A stretch of DNA of 63,403 bases, filler included, from Octopus bimaculoides (Eukaryota): assembly GCF_001194135.2 (NCBI RefSeq). It is 5 parts of 5 records of this genome, joined end to end, with 100 filler letters (N's around TTAATTAATTAA, not from the genome) between each part and the next. Parts side by side here need not be neighbours in the genome. Positions count along the whole stretch, not along the records: positions 39,582 to 50,483 come from NC_068988.1; positions 50,584 to 59,247 come from NC_068987.1; positions 59,348 to 63,403 come from NC_068994.1; 2 more parts are not named here. One strand, 5' to 3'. The notes under the pieces were generated by a model. It was given only the letters and a program-made list of their open reading frames with translations. It had not been told where the DNA came from and did no database searches. Position 1 is the first letter of the stretch; each line of letters begins with the position of its first letter. This document shows positions 46,861-59,790 of this stretch, in pieces. The position numbers were made by a program, and so were the translations under genes.

Positions 46861-47040
46861 TATGCTTTATTTAAAAGCAGCAGAAATATAACAAAAGACT
46901 GTTACTCTGAGTTTCACGTTCCCGTTCATTGGACAGTTCTGTTAGAAATGGAAAAGGAACAGAACTGTCCGATGAACGGGAACGTGAAACTCAGAGTAAC
47001 AGTCTTTTGTTATATTTCTGTTGCTTTTAAATAAAGTATA
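46861..47040. repeat. Fold-back inverted repeat: 83-bp arms (80/83 identical), 14-nt spacer
   Basis: 46861-46943 versus reverse complement of 46958-47040. The three mismatches (46864/47037, 46880/47021, 46930/46971) would all be G-U pairs in plus-strand RNA. Confidence 0.95.
46964..47003 (+). ncRNA. Type I hammerhead-like motif with core variant CCGAUGA (mirrored on minus at 46898-46937 as CCAAUGA)
   Basis: ACTGT-CCGATGA-ACG(ggaa)CGT-GAAA-CTC(a)GAG-TA-ACAGT. Stem I is a perfect 5 bp, stem II is 3 bp with a tetraloop, stem III is ACTCAGAGT, and the cleavage triplet is GUA. Confidence 0.72.
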
Positions 47041-47309
47041 TATATATATATATATATATGATATATGTACATACACATACATTTACATATACATACATAG
47101 GTGTGCATGTGCATACACATGCAATGATGTTAAATTGGCATCAGACCAACAAATAGGTATATGTACAGTTATATATGTGTGTGTGTATATATATAAATAT
47201 ATATATATATATATAAAGGCATATACACACATGTACATATAAAGATATAAATACATACATATAGATATATATATATACATATACGTATATATACATACAT
47301 GTGTATGTA

Positions 47310-47345
<36 letters not shown>

Positions 47346-47439
47346 TGCATATACATCATATGCACATACTTATGCATGCACCCACACACACACACACGCA
47401 TGCATATTCTAAAGAGCATGGAAATATTTCTACCAGTAT

Positions 47440-47750
47440 TTCATAACCATGATATTGTATCAAATGATGGAAACACATCTTCGTTTTGAAACAATAAGTC
47501 TGTGAGAAAGACGAGCATTGAGTTACCAATGTTGAAGGTTCATTTAATGGTTGAATGGTTATATAATCAAGATGAATGACAGTAGAATTACCTAACGATT
47601 GTGTTTTGGGAATAATTTAGATGGAAGAATGCCAAGGCACAGTGTCTAGATACATAATTGGATAACTGCTTGAAGAAGTCTTTGCTGAGATTCAAGGACA
47701 GACAGTAATCCTAAGGTTGTAGAATGATGTCAGGACAGGAATTTCAGTTA
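47440..47750 (+). mobile_element. RTE LINE C-terminal relic
   Basis: HDIVSND..TSIELPMLKVH..EWL...KMNDSRIT*RLCFG..LDGRMPRH resembles the RTE motif W.D.I.N..VL...SIE..L....LRW.GHV.RM.D.R.PK...FGEL..G.R. Confidence 0.55.
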
Positions 47751-47792
47751 TATGAGGACATCTGTGTGTGTGTGTGTGTGTGTGTTTAAGTG

Positions 47793-48045
47793 TAGGCTTG
47801 ACGGTGTGGTAAGAAGCTTGCTTCCCAATCACACGGTTGCAGGTTCAGTCTCACTGCGTGGTACATTGGCAGAGTGTCTTCTATTATAGCCTCGGGCCGA
47901 CCAAAGTCCTGTGAGAGGATTTGGTAGACAGAAACTGAAAGAAACCTGTCGTATATATGTATGTGTTTGTGTTTGTCCCTCAATACCGGTTGACGAGTTG
48001 GTGTGTTTTCCTTCTCGTAACTGAGTGGTTTGGCAAAAGCGACCA
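47793..48045 (+). mobile_element. SINE family C/D (head, short microsatellite, start of tail)
   Basis: GGTGTGGTAAGAAGCTTGCTTCCC..GGTTCAGTCTCACTGCGTGG..CTGAAAGAAACCTGTCG, then (TA/TG)n, then TTTGTCCC..GGCAAAAGCGACC. Confidence 0.8.
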
Positions 48046-48388
48046 ATCAATGACTTAACTGGTTAACTGACTAACCAATTGATTAATAATAATAATTATA
48101 AAAGAAGTGATATTGCACCAGTGCATGTGTTATTATTGGCATAATGACACCTCCCAAGATACAACAAAATATGTTTCAACACACAAGTTCACATCACGAA
48201 TCACGCAAACCAAATAGAAAAACAAAAATATCAAGGTAGTTTTCCTTTAATTGTTTAATAAAACATTTTGAAAGGTTTAACGGAAGAATCCGTATTATAT
48301 GTACAATAGTAAATGATGAAAACTGGAAAATTGAAAGGTTCTTTCCTTCCAGTGGTGGTGGTGGTGGTAGTAGTGGTGGTGGCAATAA

Positions 48389-48422
<34 letters not shown>

Positions 48423-48751
48423 GCAAACATAGGAATTTCAATAAAGTAACAAGCAACTGATAAGATAAATGTTAATTCTATAAGCTGTGCCTTGTTACTA
48501 TCAGCTCTCATCTCCATTGTTGTGTATCCTTTACCACTGCCCTGGCTTTGTGAAGCAGCTAGACTTCATGGAGATTTCCACTGCCAACATCAACGGAGAA
48601 CAACACACACCAAGCCAATTGCCTACAAAGAAATGAAAAACATACAGCAAAACAACAAGATCTCCAATGAATTACAATTAAAACGGTTTCGTTAATTTTT
48701 TTCAATTAGATTTGTGTAAGTTGTAATTAGCTTTTAGAGAAGAGGATTTAT

Positions 48752-48968
48752 TATCCTTTCTACTATAGGCACAAGGCCTGAAATTTGGGGGAGACAGGAT
48801 AGTCAATTATACTGACCCCAGTGCATAACTGGTACTTAATTTATCGACCTCGAAAGGATGAAAGGTAAAGTCGACCTCAGCTGAATTTGAACACAGAACA
48901 TAGTGGCAGATGAAATACTGCTAAGCATTTCGCCCAGTGTGCTAATGATTCTACCAGCTCACCACTTT
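48752..48968 (-). mobile_element. SINE family A, full length
   Basis: Same head, core and AGGCCTTGTGCCTATAGTAGAAAGG tail as 45249-45462. Confidence 0.88.
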
Positions 48969-49269
48969 AAGATGCTTTATAATAAAATCAAATTAAGTCG
49001 GAAAGAAAGTTCTACCACGTTTCTGATATGATCACTTTGAGGATACATTTTCAATACTTAGGGTAAAATAACCATCAATTTTTACATTCTGCTGGGCCTC
49101 TTCTTTTTTGATTTCTTTGCAGATTATTTTATACTATAAATGGTCAAATTTGTACTAATTTTACCCTTTTAAAATAAGTTTAGATGGGACTCATATCAGA
49201 TGAATTCAAAAGGGGCTACTCTTCAGTAATGAAAGTGACAAAAAATATTCATTCTGTCCACACATAGAG

Positions 49270-49710
49270 GCTTGTCCTTTCAGGTGCTGGGGCCACTTGC
49301 AAAACGCCAGTGCTGCGTTAACACACCTGTACTGGTGCTGTGTTAACATACCCATGCTGTGGTGGCATGTAAAAAGCACCCAGCACATACATTTATCTAC
49401 CTGGTCAAAGCATCCAACCCATGTCAGTAGGGAAAGCAGACGTTAAACAATGATGATGATGATATATATATTTAAATCTATGGGCATGTGTCTTTGTGTA
49501 TGTGATTGTCCCTACCACTGCTTGACAACTGGTGTTGGTTTGTTTATGTCCCCCATAACTTAGCAGTTCAGCAAAGGAAACCAGTAGATTAAGTACCAGG
49601 TTTAAAAGAAAAAGTACTGGTGGGGGGTCAATTAATTTGAGTAAAAACTCTTTGAGATGGTGCCCCAGCATGGCCACAGTCAAATGACAAACAAGTAAAA
49701 GATAAAAGAT
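49270..49710 (+). mobile_element. SINE family G (49270-49460) followed by a family D tail (49505-49710)
   Basis: GCATGTAAAAAGCACCCAG..CCAACCCATGTCAGTAGGGAAAGCAGACGTTAAAC(AAT)(GAT)n; then TTGACAACTGGTGTTGG..GGTGCCCCAGCATGGCCACAGTCAAATGAC..CAAGTAAAAGA. Confidence 0.78.
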
Positions 49711-50483
49711 AATGTCAAATAATTTGTTACCTTCCGATAGGTACACATGTTATGTTGGTTCAGTTCTCTAAATAAGAGACATAATCAGTCAAGATAGATA
49801 GATGCTCTTCATTAGGGAGACAAGGTTCAGGAGGTAAGTCTGAAAAGAGAGATAAAAAAAAAGGGCTCATACTTAGGGGAAAACAAAAAACTAAGGCAGA
49901 GGTAATTAATTAATATTTAATACAAAATATAAACATACTTTCTGGAAAAAATTTTGCAGAGTCAAGATAATTTGAATCTATAAAAGCCTACAGCATACAC
50001 TAATTAATGGTTTAAATGGTAATTAATTCCATATTTACCTGGTTTTTTCGGCAACACCATCTTGCTTTTCTCATCAGTTTCCCAACCTTCTTTTCTAGTC
50101 ACTGAAAATTTAAACAAAATCGATTTAATGCAGACGTAAAGTGATCTAAAATAATGATTGGAAATAATCTTTATAGTCTAATATAATATTTCAGAATATT
50201 AAATTTCCTTCAGATATTGCTAGGAATTGATCGAGTCACTGCTATAATCAGTTTCCCAATATTTCGACATTAAAAAAAAAAAAACTTATTGCCTATGAAA
50301 TGCTACACGGAGGGGAGATAACTGTATCAGAAGATTCACTGGTAGCTACAAGACATTGATTGTTAAGCATGGGGAATAATCCTGCACAAAAAAAATTATA
50401 TAAAATATCTTTCTCATTTTTCATCGTAGTTCACATGGTAAATATCATATATATATATATATATATACACACAAATAATATAT

Positions 50484-50583
50484 NNNNNNNNNNNNNNNNN
50501 NNNNNNNNNNNNNNNNNNNNNNNNNNNTTAATTAATTAANNNNNNNNNNNNNNNNNNNNNNNNNNNNNNNNNNNNNNNNNNNN
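50484..50583. other. Assembly join linker N44-TTAATTAATTAA-N44 (artefact)
   Basis: Same 100-bp structure as 21574-21673. Confidence 0.95.
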
Positions 50584-51466
50584 GTGTGTGTGTGTGTGTG
50601 TGTGTGTGTCTGTGTGTGTGTGTGTCTGTGTGTGTGTACACACTTTTACTATCACTTCCCTGTCTATCTCTCTCCCTCTCTTGTTCTTCATCCTTTCTGT
50701 TTATCTCTCCCACCCTATTCCTATTCTTCTCCCCTCCTTTCACCGTTCCCCCCTCTCTCTCTCTCTCTCTCTCTCTCGCTCTTTCTCTCTCTCTCGCTCT
50801 TTCTCTCTCTCTCGCTCTTTTTCTCTCTCTGTCTCTCTCTCTTTCTCTCTCTCTCTCTCACTCTTCCTCCTTGACCCTCTCGTCGTTGACACGTTACGAA
50901 AGGGGATCTTTCTGCTCACTGTCTTCTTATAAAAAATACGTATTTTTCTCTCTCTTCTCTCATGCACGTCTATCTTAGCGTCATAATAATTTGTCTATTG
51001 TCTTGGCTTAACAGCCCTCACTGTTTGTTTTTACTGTCTTCTTCTCACTGTCCTGTTCTTGTTAACACCTTCACCCACCGCAAAAAATAATTCCAAATTT
51101 TATTTAATTTGCATTGCGGGAAGAACTGTTCCAACGAAGTCGCGTATTGGCCTTACCTACGACGCGGAGTAGATGGAACAGAGACAACTGACGAAGGGTT
51201 ATACTCTTTATGCTACATGTCTCGTTTCTCTGTTTGGTTTTTCGTTGTTCGAAAAAAGTTCGTTTTCTGCTTTCGTCTTTATGTTTTCGGTTCTCATTGT
51301 GTTAAACGTTTTGTTGATGTACCCATATATGCATGTATGTATACATATAAATGTAGGTATGTACATATATGTATGGATATATGGATATGTTTACATATTA
51401 TTTATATTATTATATGATCGTACGCCATGCATCCTTTCCAAAGGAAGTTTTATATATATGTTTATG

Positions 51467-51520
<54 letters not shown>

Positions 51521-52889
51521 CATATGCATAAGCAATTCCTTATCTCTAACTCCCTGAATGAGTCAGTGTCTGTCCACGAGACCTTGAGTGTATGCATGAG
51601 TGTTTATGTGCATATTCGTTAACATGCGTATACCTCTCAAAAACAATATTTCTGTTAGTCTTTTATTTTTTTCAATTTATTGACGAATACCTATATGAAG
51701 ACCTTTTATAAAAAAATATTCTGTATCCTTTCCATGTCGTTCGAAAATACGAAGTCTTTAGGCAATCACCTAAATGCAAATACCGTGTTGTATAAGCGAC
51801 CCAAAGAAATCCGAGTTTATTGAGGGAGGTAACTTTTGAAATGTCACCTGACGAACCTGACTCCACACATCTGCACAGAAACGTGTACCATGTCCCGTTG
51901 AACAACACCTCACTCGCAAGACGGGTCCAAACGATCGTTGTGATTAATAAAAATCTCCTGAATTCCATAATCTTCCTCTCTTATTTGTTATATATATATA
52001 TACATATATATCGTTTACTTTAACTGGGCACCACCTTGAAGAATGTTTTCATCGAATGTACTATTTCTTTTAAAGCCTGGTACTTATTCTAACGGTATCT
52101 TTTAACAAACCGGTAAGTTATGGGAACGTGAACACACCAGCACCGGCTTCCATCAGTTGTGGTGGTGGTGGTGGTGGTGGTGGTGGTTGTGGTTGTGGTG
52201 GAGGAGGGGGAAATAGCAAAAAGAAAACCCGAAGATATAGTAGAAAACAGTAGTTCAAGGCGCCGCGAAGTGTGATTGTACCCTAAACTATGTGGCTCGG
52301 AAATAACTTTCCTACCACAGAGCCAGGAACGCAATTTACTTCGTGTTACCATTTACAGATAAATATACTTTGCATAAAATCGTACAGTAGAAAATAACCC
52401 ACTCAGAATATAACAATATATATTCACTGCTTACTTGAAGAGAATTCGTGCCTAGTAATTGCAAAAAATCTCTTCACAATTTAATATTCTTTGCCTTTAG
52501 GTATTTATCAAAATTATCTCTTTTTCCAGTAGTTTGTAAATCGATCATTGGAGTAACTTCGAATTTCATATCAATTTATTAGTAAAACAATATTTAACTG
52601 TAATTCAGTTATTATTCAGTTGACGTTCAATGGCTTTCGTTATTTTTTATTTTTTATACAGTAATAGAATATACAAAATAGTCAATAAATACACTTAGAT
52701 CACCATCTTCACACGCTCAAGTGTATACATATACATACGTAGAAATGTTCGTATATGTGAATAAATGTGAACGTGTGTACATGGTTGAAAGAATAATATA
52801 TTTTTTTACGAAAGCCACGTTAGTGCAAGTAATTTTCATTTGTTGAGAATTATAAATGAAATCTATCTATCTATCTATCTATCTGTCTG

Positions 52890-52943
<54 letters not shown>

Positions 52944-53904
52944 GATCTATCTATCTATCTATCNNNNNNNNNNNNNNNNNNNNNNNNNNNNNNNNNNNNN
53001 NNNNNNNNNNNNNNNNNNNNNNNNNNNNNNNNNNNNNNNNNNNNNNNNNNNNNNNNNNNNNNNNNNNNNNNNNNNNNNNNNNNNNNNNNNNNNNNNNNNN
53101 NNNNNNNNNNNNNNNNNNNNNNNNNNNNNNNNNNNNNNNNNNNNNNNNNNNNNNNNNNNNNNNNNNNNNNNNNNNNNNNNNNNNNNNNNNNNNNNNNNNN
53201 NNNNNNNNNNNNNNNNNNNNNNNNNNNNNNNNNNNNNNNNNNNNNNNNNNNNNNNNNNNNNNNNNNNNNNNNNNNNNNNNNNNNNNNNNNNNNNNNNNNN
53301 NNNNNNNNNNNNNNNNNNNNNNNNNNNNNNNNNNNNNNNNNNNNNNNNNNNNNNNNNNNNNNNNNNNNNNNNNNNNNNNNNTATATATATATATATATAT
53401 ATATATTCATAAATATGATAGGTCTCTAGCTTGTAGGGAAAAAAACATGTAAGTCACTGCTATTGTAGTGCACATTTGTATTGATTCCAGAACGATGAAA
53501 GAAATATGAATTCTGTTGCCGTTTTATCATAGAGTGTAAAGGGATTTAACAAAATAGCAATATGCGTTCAGCCAGGAGCCCAATCGCTTTACTTCATTTT
53601 ATATGTCTTTTATTATATTGAATCTAACACCAAAGCCTAAGCCGCATCTGTCAACAAAAATAATTTGTTATTTAGTTGCCAATTTATTAATACTTCTAAG
53701 ACAGAACATTAGGTACGTTGAAGCACTCCACTTTCCCGTAATTTAATTATTGCTAGACATACGAGTGCATATGCTTACAACACAGTAAGGAACACACATT
53801 ATATGTGCGAGTGTGCGCGTGCGCGAGTGTGTATTCGTACATATATAATTATGTAATTTTACACACATGCATACAAATATATATAGACACATGACTTAGT
53901 TGTT

Positions 53905-54185
53905 TGAGAGTCAGGCTTTACATTCGTGAGGTAGTGAGATCGATTCCTGGACCGAGCTGTGTGTTGTGTTCTTGAGCAAGTCACTTTATTTCAATCAGCT
54001 GTAAAAATGAGTTGCGACGTCACTGATATTTGCGACGTCTATCGGTCTTTGCTTTTCCCTTGGATAATATCGGTGGCTTGGAGGTGGAATGTTGGCATGC
54101 ATGAGCGACTGGTGGTCTTCCATAAACAACCTTGCCCGGACTTGTGCCTCGGAGTGGAGCTTTCTAGGTGCAATCTCTTTGTCAT
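53905..54185 (+). mobile_element. tRNA-derived SINE family F
   Basis: B-box-like GAGATCGATTCCTGGACC, then GTGTTCTTGAGCAAGTCACTTTATTTC (shared with the family E head region), followed by a distinct body ending in microsatellite. Confidence 0.65.
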
Positions 54186-54590
54186 ATATGTGTGTGTGTG
54201 TGTGCGTGTATGTATGGATGCATGTATGTATGTATATATGTATGTATATATANNNNNNNNNNNNNNNNNNNNNNNNNNNNNNNNNNNNNNNNNNNNNNNN
54301 NNNNNNNNNNNNNNNNNNNNNNNNNNNNNNNNNNNNNNNNNNNNNNNNNNNNNNNNNNNNNNNNNNNNNNNNNNNNNNNNNNNNNNNNNNNNNNNNNNNN
54401 NNNNNNNNNNNNNNNNNNNNNNNNNNNNNNNNNNNNNNNNNNNNNNNNNNNNNNNNNNNNNNNNNNNNNNNNNNNNNNNNNNNNNNNNNNNNNNNNNNNN
54501 NNNNNNNNNNNNNNNNNNNNNNNNNNNNNNNNNNNNNNNNNNNNNNNNNNNNNACACACACACACACACATATATATACATATACATATA

Positions 54591-55110
54591 CAAAACTGTC
54601 GCTTGGAAAGTTCATAGGCTGACCAAGACATACGCATGGAATGTCACCAAATGAGGTTTTTTTTTTTCAACAGACCCCTTTGCAGTCTACATACTTCTGT
54701 CATTGTTTTCCAGAGCTTGGATGGAGAAATTTTCATACAGTGAAACCGCCATAAACACTAGATGTGACGTCATCATGACTGCAATACTGGTTCACAGCCG
54801 AGTGATTTTCATGTTGGAGAACAGTTGAGATGGGGCCAAACCTGGAGAATAGGGGCGGTGATCAACCTGTTTAAAGACACAGTCATTCACAGCAACCGAA
54901 GGAATTTTATGCTAGAGCAGCGTCCTGATGAAATAAAACTCATTTCGCCAGTATTCGTGGGTTTTGATCTTGATAGCGTTTTGCAAATCTCTGGTTAAGT
55001 TGGTAGAGTACGCTCCATTGATGGTGTGGTTGTCTTGAAAATATTCAATAAGCTCATCCCATAAATGTAAAGTCATGACCTTTCTGCTGATGAAGTGATC
55101 TTGGCTTTAT
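54591..55110 (-). mobile_element. Mariner (irritans/Himar-like) 3' half with TIR
   Basis: KAKITSSA(G)KVM..WD..IEYFQ..HTINGAY, FHQDAA, DHRPYSPGLAPS..LFSNMK, then the TIR-like GGTCAGCCTATGAACTTTCCAAGCGACAGTTTTG followed by TA. Confidence 0.85.
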
Positions 55111-55934
55111 TTGGAGCATATATTCTCACTCGTAAAAAGTGACATAATTTACACAGTTTTGTAATTGTGCATGTGACGGCACAAGCCAAGACTTGTGTAT
55201 GAGGAAAAAGAAGAAAATAGGAATGCTCTATAATTACGATAATATAATTTATAATTAAACCGCCATTCCCTACTTCATAGCTCAAAGTTTCATGCATTTT
55301 GAAAGCAAAATATGAAGAGACACATCAGCAATATCTTATAGCGACCACAGTGGGAAATTTGATAGTATGCCAATAGAAAAACTGAAAATATAAATCGGAA
55401 GTCTTATAAACGCAAAAGCACAGATATTTACTTGTGTATAAGTGAATAATGAGATCTCCCCCCCTCTCTCTCTCTCAGACACAGGCACGTACAGGGTATA
55501 TATATATGTGTATATATATATATATATATNNNNNNNNNNNNNNNNNNNNNNNNNNNNNNNNNNNNNNNNNNNNNNNNNNNNNNNNNNNNNNNNNNNNNNN
55601 NNNNNNNNNNNNNNNNNNNNNNNNNNNNNNNNNNNNNNNNNNNNNNNNNNNNNNNNNNNNNNNNNNNNNNNNNNNNNNNNNNNNNNNNNNNNNNNNNNNN
55701 NNNNNNNNNNNNNNNNNNNNNNNNNNNNNNNNNNNNNNNNNNNNNNNNNNNNNNNNNNNNNNNNNNNNNNNNNNNNNNNNNNNNNNNNNNNNNNNNNNNN
55801 NNNNNNNNNNNNNNNNNNNNNNNNNNNNNNNNNNNNNNNNNNNNNNNNNNNNNNNNNNNNNNNNNNNNNNNNNNNNNNNNNNNNNNNNNNNNNNNNNNNN
55901 NNNNNNNNNNNNNNNNNNNNNNNNNNNNNNNNNN

Positions 55935-55968
<34 letters not shown>

Positions 55969-57093
55969 TATACATACACATATACACATATATATGCATA
56001 AACAAAGTGTTCCTTTCAGTTTCCTTCTACTAATTCCTCTCCAAGTTTTGAGGTGGCCTTGTGCTATAGTAGAAATCACTTAACCAAAGTTAAACCAAGG
56101 TGTTTCCTGTACCAGGAAACATTTAGTTGGGAAGCGCACTGCTTCCAAAAACAGCCTTACTTACACCTAAGGTTTATGTTTGTATGTTTATATCATTCAT
56201 GAAATCAAATTAGTAAAGTTTTAAAGGCTTATGCTATTGAAATTAATAATCCTCATCTTCATTATAATATATTTGTTTAGTGTAGTGGCAAAGAGGATAA
56301 AATGTCCAGCCAAAATACCTCACAGTATATTATTTTTCATGGTCAAGTAAGTTCTTTGTCTATGTCAATATCAATGAATTCTTCTCTTTTTTTATGAAGT
56401 TTTAGCCCCTACACCAATATCATGAACATTTTATTTTATGCGTGACTGTGTGGTTAAGAAGCTATAGGTACAAACATCGGTTCGTTTATCTACTACATGC
56501 TGTATAAATATATATTTATATGCGTGTGTGTGAGTGTGTGTGTGTGTGTGTGTGTGTTTTTACACACATATCAACACTAAACACACATGCATTAGCAGCT
56601 ACATACACGACTGTACTTCTACACACGTCCACGTGCATGCTCGCTCCTATGCATACACATAGATACGGTCCCATGATTTTCTACACACATTATTACCCAT
56701 CACTGCACGCACGCGCGCCCTAAAACGTATACACACGCGCGTGCCCTAGAACGTTTCCACACGCCCACGTTATCCTTACATTCACACGCATACTTGCAGA
56801 AACACGCGCTAGCCAGTACACTCTTGTCCCCCTTGGCACCCCTGCCTTTAACCACATACTTCAAGACAATTGACCATATGCAACCGTTAATCCAGATATG
56901 ATTTTTCTGTCTCCTCGTTTTTCACTGTTTCTATCTATTTTCTCTCTTCATTCTTTTGTGTAAAGGAGCGTATGTTCGAAATGTTAAAAGCCCTGCTACG
57001 TTTTCTTGACCGTCAAACTGAAACATCCTTTTTGTTGTGTTCTCTCCTGTTTTTGTCGATTTTTTTTGTTTTGGTTTTGTGGAATTTTAAACT

Positions 57094-57127
<34 letters not shown>

Positions 57128-57128
57128 G

Positions 57129-57167
<39 letters not shown>

Positions 57168-57969
57168 NNNNNNNNNNNNNNNNNNNNNNNNNNNNNNNNN
57201 NNNNNNNNNNNNNNNNNNNNNNNNNNNNNNNNNNNNNNNNNNNNNNNNNNNNNNNNNNNNNNNNNNNNNNNNNNNNNNNNNNNNNNNNNNNNNNNNNNNN
57301 NNNNNNNNNNNNNNNNNNNNNNNNNNNNNNNNNNNNNNNNNNNNNNNNNNNNNNNNNNNNNNNNNNNNNNNNNNNNNNNNNNNNNNNNNNNNNNNNNNNN
57401 NNNNNNNNNNNNNNNNNNNNNNNNNNNNNNNNNNNNNNNNNNNNNNNNNNNNNNNNNNNNNNNNNNNNNNNNNNNNNNNNNNNNNNNNNNNNNNNNNNNN
57501 NNNNNNNNNNNNNNNNNNNNNNNNNNNNNNNNNNNNNNNNNNNNNNNNNNNNNNNNNNNNNNNNNNNNNNNNNNNNNNNNNNNNNNNNNNNNNNNNNNNN
57601 NNNNNNNNNNNNNNNNNNNNNNNNNNNNNNNNNNNNNNNNNNNNNNNNNNNNNNNNNNNNNNNNNNNNNNNNNNNNNNNNNNNNNNNNNNNNNNNNNNNN
57701 NNNNNNNNNNNNNNNNNNNNNNNNNNNNNNNNNNNNNNNNNNNNNNNNNNNNNNNNNNNNNNNNNNNNNNNNNNNNNATATATATATATATATATATATA
57801 TACACGTATATATCCTCACACACACATACATAACAGAAGTGAATAAACACATTTATAATCATTAAAATGTATTTGAATCTGAAATTATGCATTCAAATTA
57901 TTAATCAGTTATCATAATGTGAACATCTAATGTTTAGTAGACATGTCATTTGCATTTTTCAATGCAAGG

Positions 57970-58290
57970 ACCCTATTAAGCACGCATTGATCAGATGATG
58001 AATATTCTCGTGAGGAATTTCTTACAAAGTTTCATGCAGTAAAAGGATATGCTTTCAGGATGCTTTCTTGTTCTTTATACGAAGTGACTTGTCCATTGGG
58101 TTCAGTATGTTCTAGTGGCTGACATTTTAATGCCATTCTCTTCGAACTAATCTTCGGGAGACACAACGTTCCATCTTTCATAAATAGTCTTCTTTACACA
58201 TTTCAACACTGGAGAAGAGGTGAAGGAGTGGTCGCTGCAATATGGATGCATATGTACCTGTGTTATTATTTCCTCCAGACTCCACCAGCC
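57970..58290 (-). mobile_element. Possible RTE LINE C-terminal relic
   Basis: Weak translated similarity (GIK....TY*TQWTSHFV*RT.KHP...FY..LCK) to the RTE motif LRW.GHV.RM...PK..FYGEL. Confidence 0.35.
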
Positions 58291-58483
58291 CTGATCAACC
58301 ATTGCTCTAAATTGCCATCACAGAATAGCTGATCTGCTTCATAGTTGGTTAAAATATTTTCACATAAATTTATTGATCACAAAAGCCTTGCAACTGGGAT
58401 TATCGTCCACACACTTCTTAACAAAACGAAGGGCCTTGGTCGATCTGGGCGATGTGATGTGTACTCCTTCCCTTCACACACAA

Positions 58484-58521
<38 letters not shown>

Positions 58522-59155
58522 CTATATATATGTGTGTGTGTGGGTGTGTGTGACGGGGTATACTTGTATATATATATATATATATAAATACTCATAAAGA
58601 TGGTTTTTATCATAAGATAATCAATTTATTATTATTATTGTAACGTTTTGTGTGTCTCTCTCCAAATCCTAATGGAATTTTTTTTTACAATCTGAGTTCT
58701 CTAAATATGCACGTTTAATTACTTCAATTCTGAAGAAGAAGAAACCTTATCTTATTCTTTTTAATAATCCTAGACTCCTCCTATACTTTCTGTCTGTGAA
58801 CACACGTGCATGCGATATGTTTTTAAGAAAATTAATCATTTTTGCTTTAATATTTCTATATTCCTTCGTTGCACTTTCAATTTTTTATAGCAAGTGTTTT
58901 CATAACACAGTAATTGCTATTTTCTCAAAGGTCCGCTGTACCTCTATCTGTCCAGCAGAAACTAGCATATCATTATTGAAATTATATACAGCGTAATTTA
59001 TTGTGTTCTTTGTCAATCTCAGCAATTTGTATATATGCACAATTTGCTTGTCATATTATTCTTTACAAAAACGGATTCATTCACTTGATTTGGCGTTTAT
59101 TTCTCTTGCTTGACAATTTATTAATATATGTACATACATACATACATAAACATAT

Positions 59156-59209
<54 letters not shown>

Positions 59210-59247
59210 ATGTGTGTGTGTGTATGTATGTGTATATATATATATAT

Positions 59248-59347
59248 NNNNNNNNNNNNNNNNNNNNNNNNNNNNNNNNNNNNNNNNNNNNTTAATTAAT
59301 TAANNNNNNNNNNNNNNNNNNNNNNNNNNNNNNNNNNNNNNNNNNNN
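59248..59347. other. Assembly join linker N44-TTAATTAATTAA-N44 (artefact)
   Basis: Same 100-bp structure as 21574-21673. Confidence 0.95.
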
Positions 59348-59399
59348 TCTCCATCTCAGCTACGCCCACCAAAAAATAGTGGCGTTATACTAAAAAAAA

Positions 59400-59790
59400 T
59401 CGCAGTGAGTAATAACACGTCCGACCAGTAAACTCACGGCAGACGAAATACCGCTAAGCATTACGTCCATCGCCCCCAACGCCACTGCCAGCTTGCCGTC
59501 TTAATATTAGTAATAATAATGGTTTCAAATTAGGGAAGGGGATGAGCCGATTACATCGACCCCAGTGTTCAACTAGTATTTATTTAAACGACCCCGAAAG
59601 GATGAAAAGCATAGTAGACCTCGGTGGAATTTGAACTCAGGACGTAGCGACAGACGAAATGCCACAAAACATTTTGTCTCTGGTGTACTAACGATTCTGC
59701 CAGCTACCACCTAAATAATAATAATAATAATCCTTTCTATAAAAGCACAAAGCCCGAAATGTTGGGGGAGGGGACTAGTCGATTACAGTC
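59400..59790 (-). mobile_element. Stack of three SINE family A pieces separated by (TAA)n
   Basis: Head fragment at 59420-59505, near-complete copy at 59520-59712, tail fragment at 59730-59790. Confidence 0.8.

Noticed and set aside
51185-51215. CTGACGA followed by a 4-bp hairpin
   Set aside because: No GAAA box follows. Similar isolated CTGANGA hits at 13675, 16614, 17463 and 49221 were rejected for the same reason.
4-59303. Numerous ORFs rich in YI, TH, VC, LS, ER or X runs (e.g. 7740-8567, 8672-9679, 10716-11132, 31834-32697, 56972-57865)
   Set aside because: They are translations of microsatellites, which lack stop codons in some frames, or they run through N gaps. There is no coding evidence.
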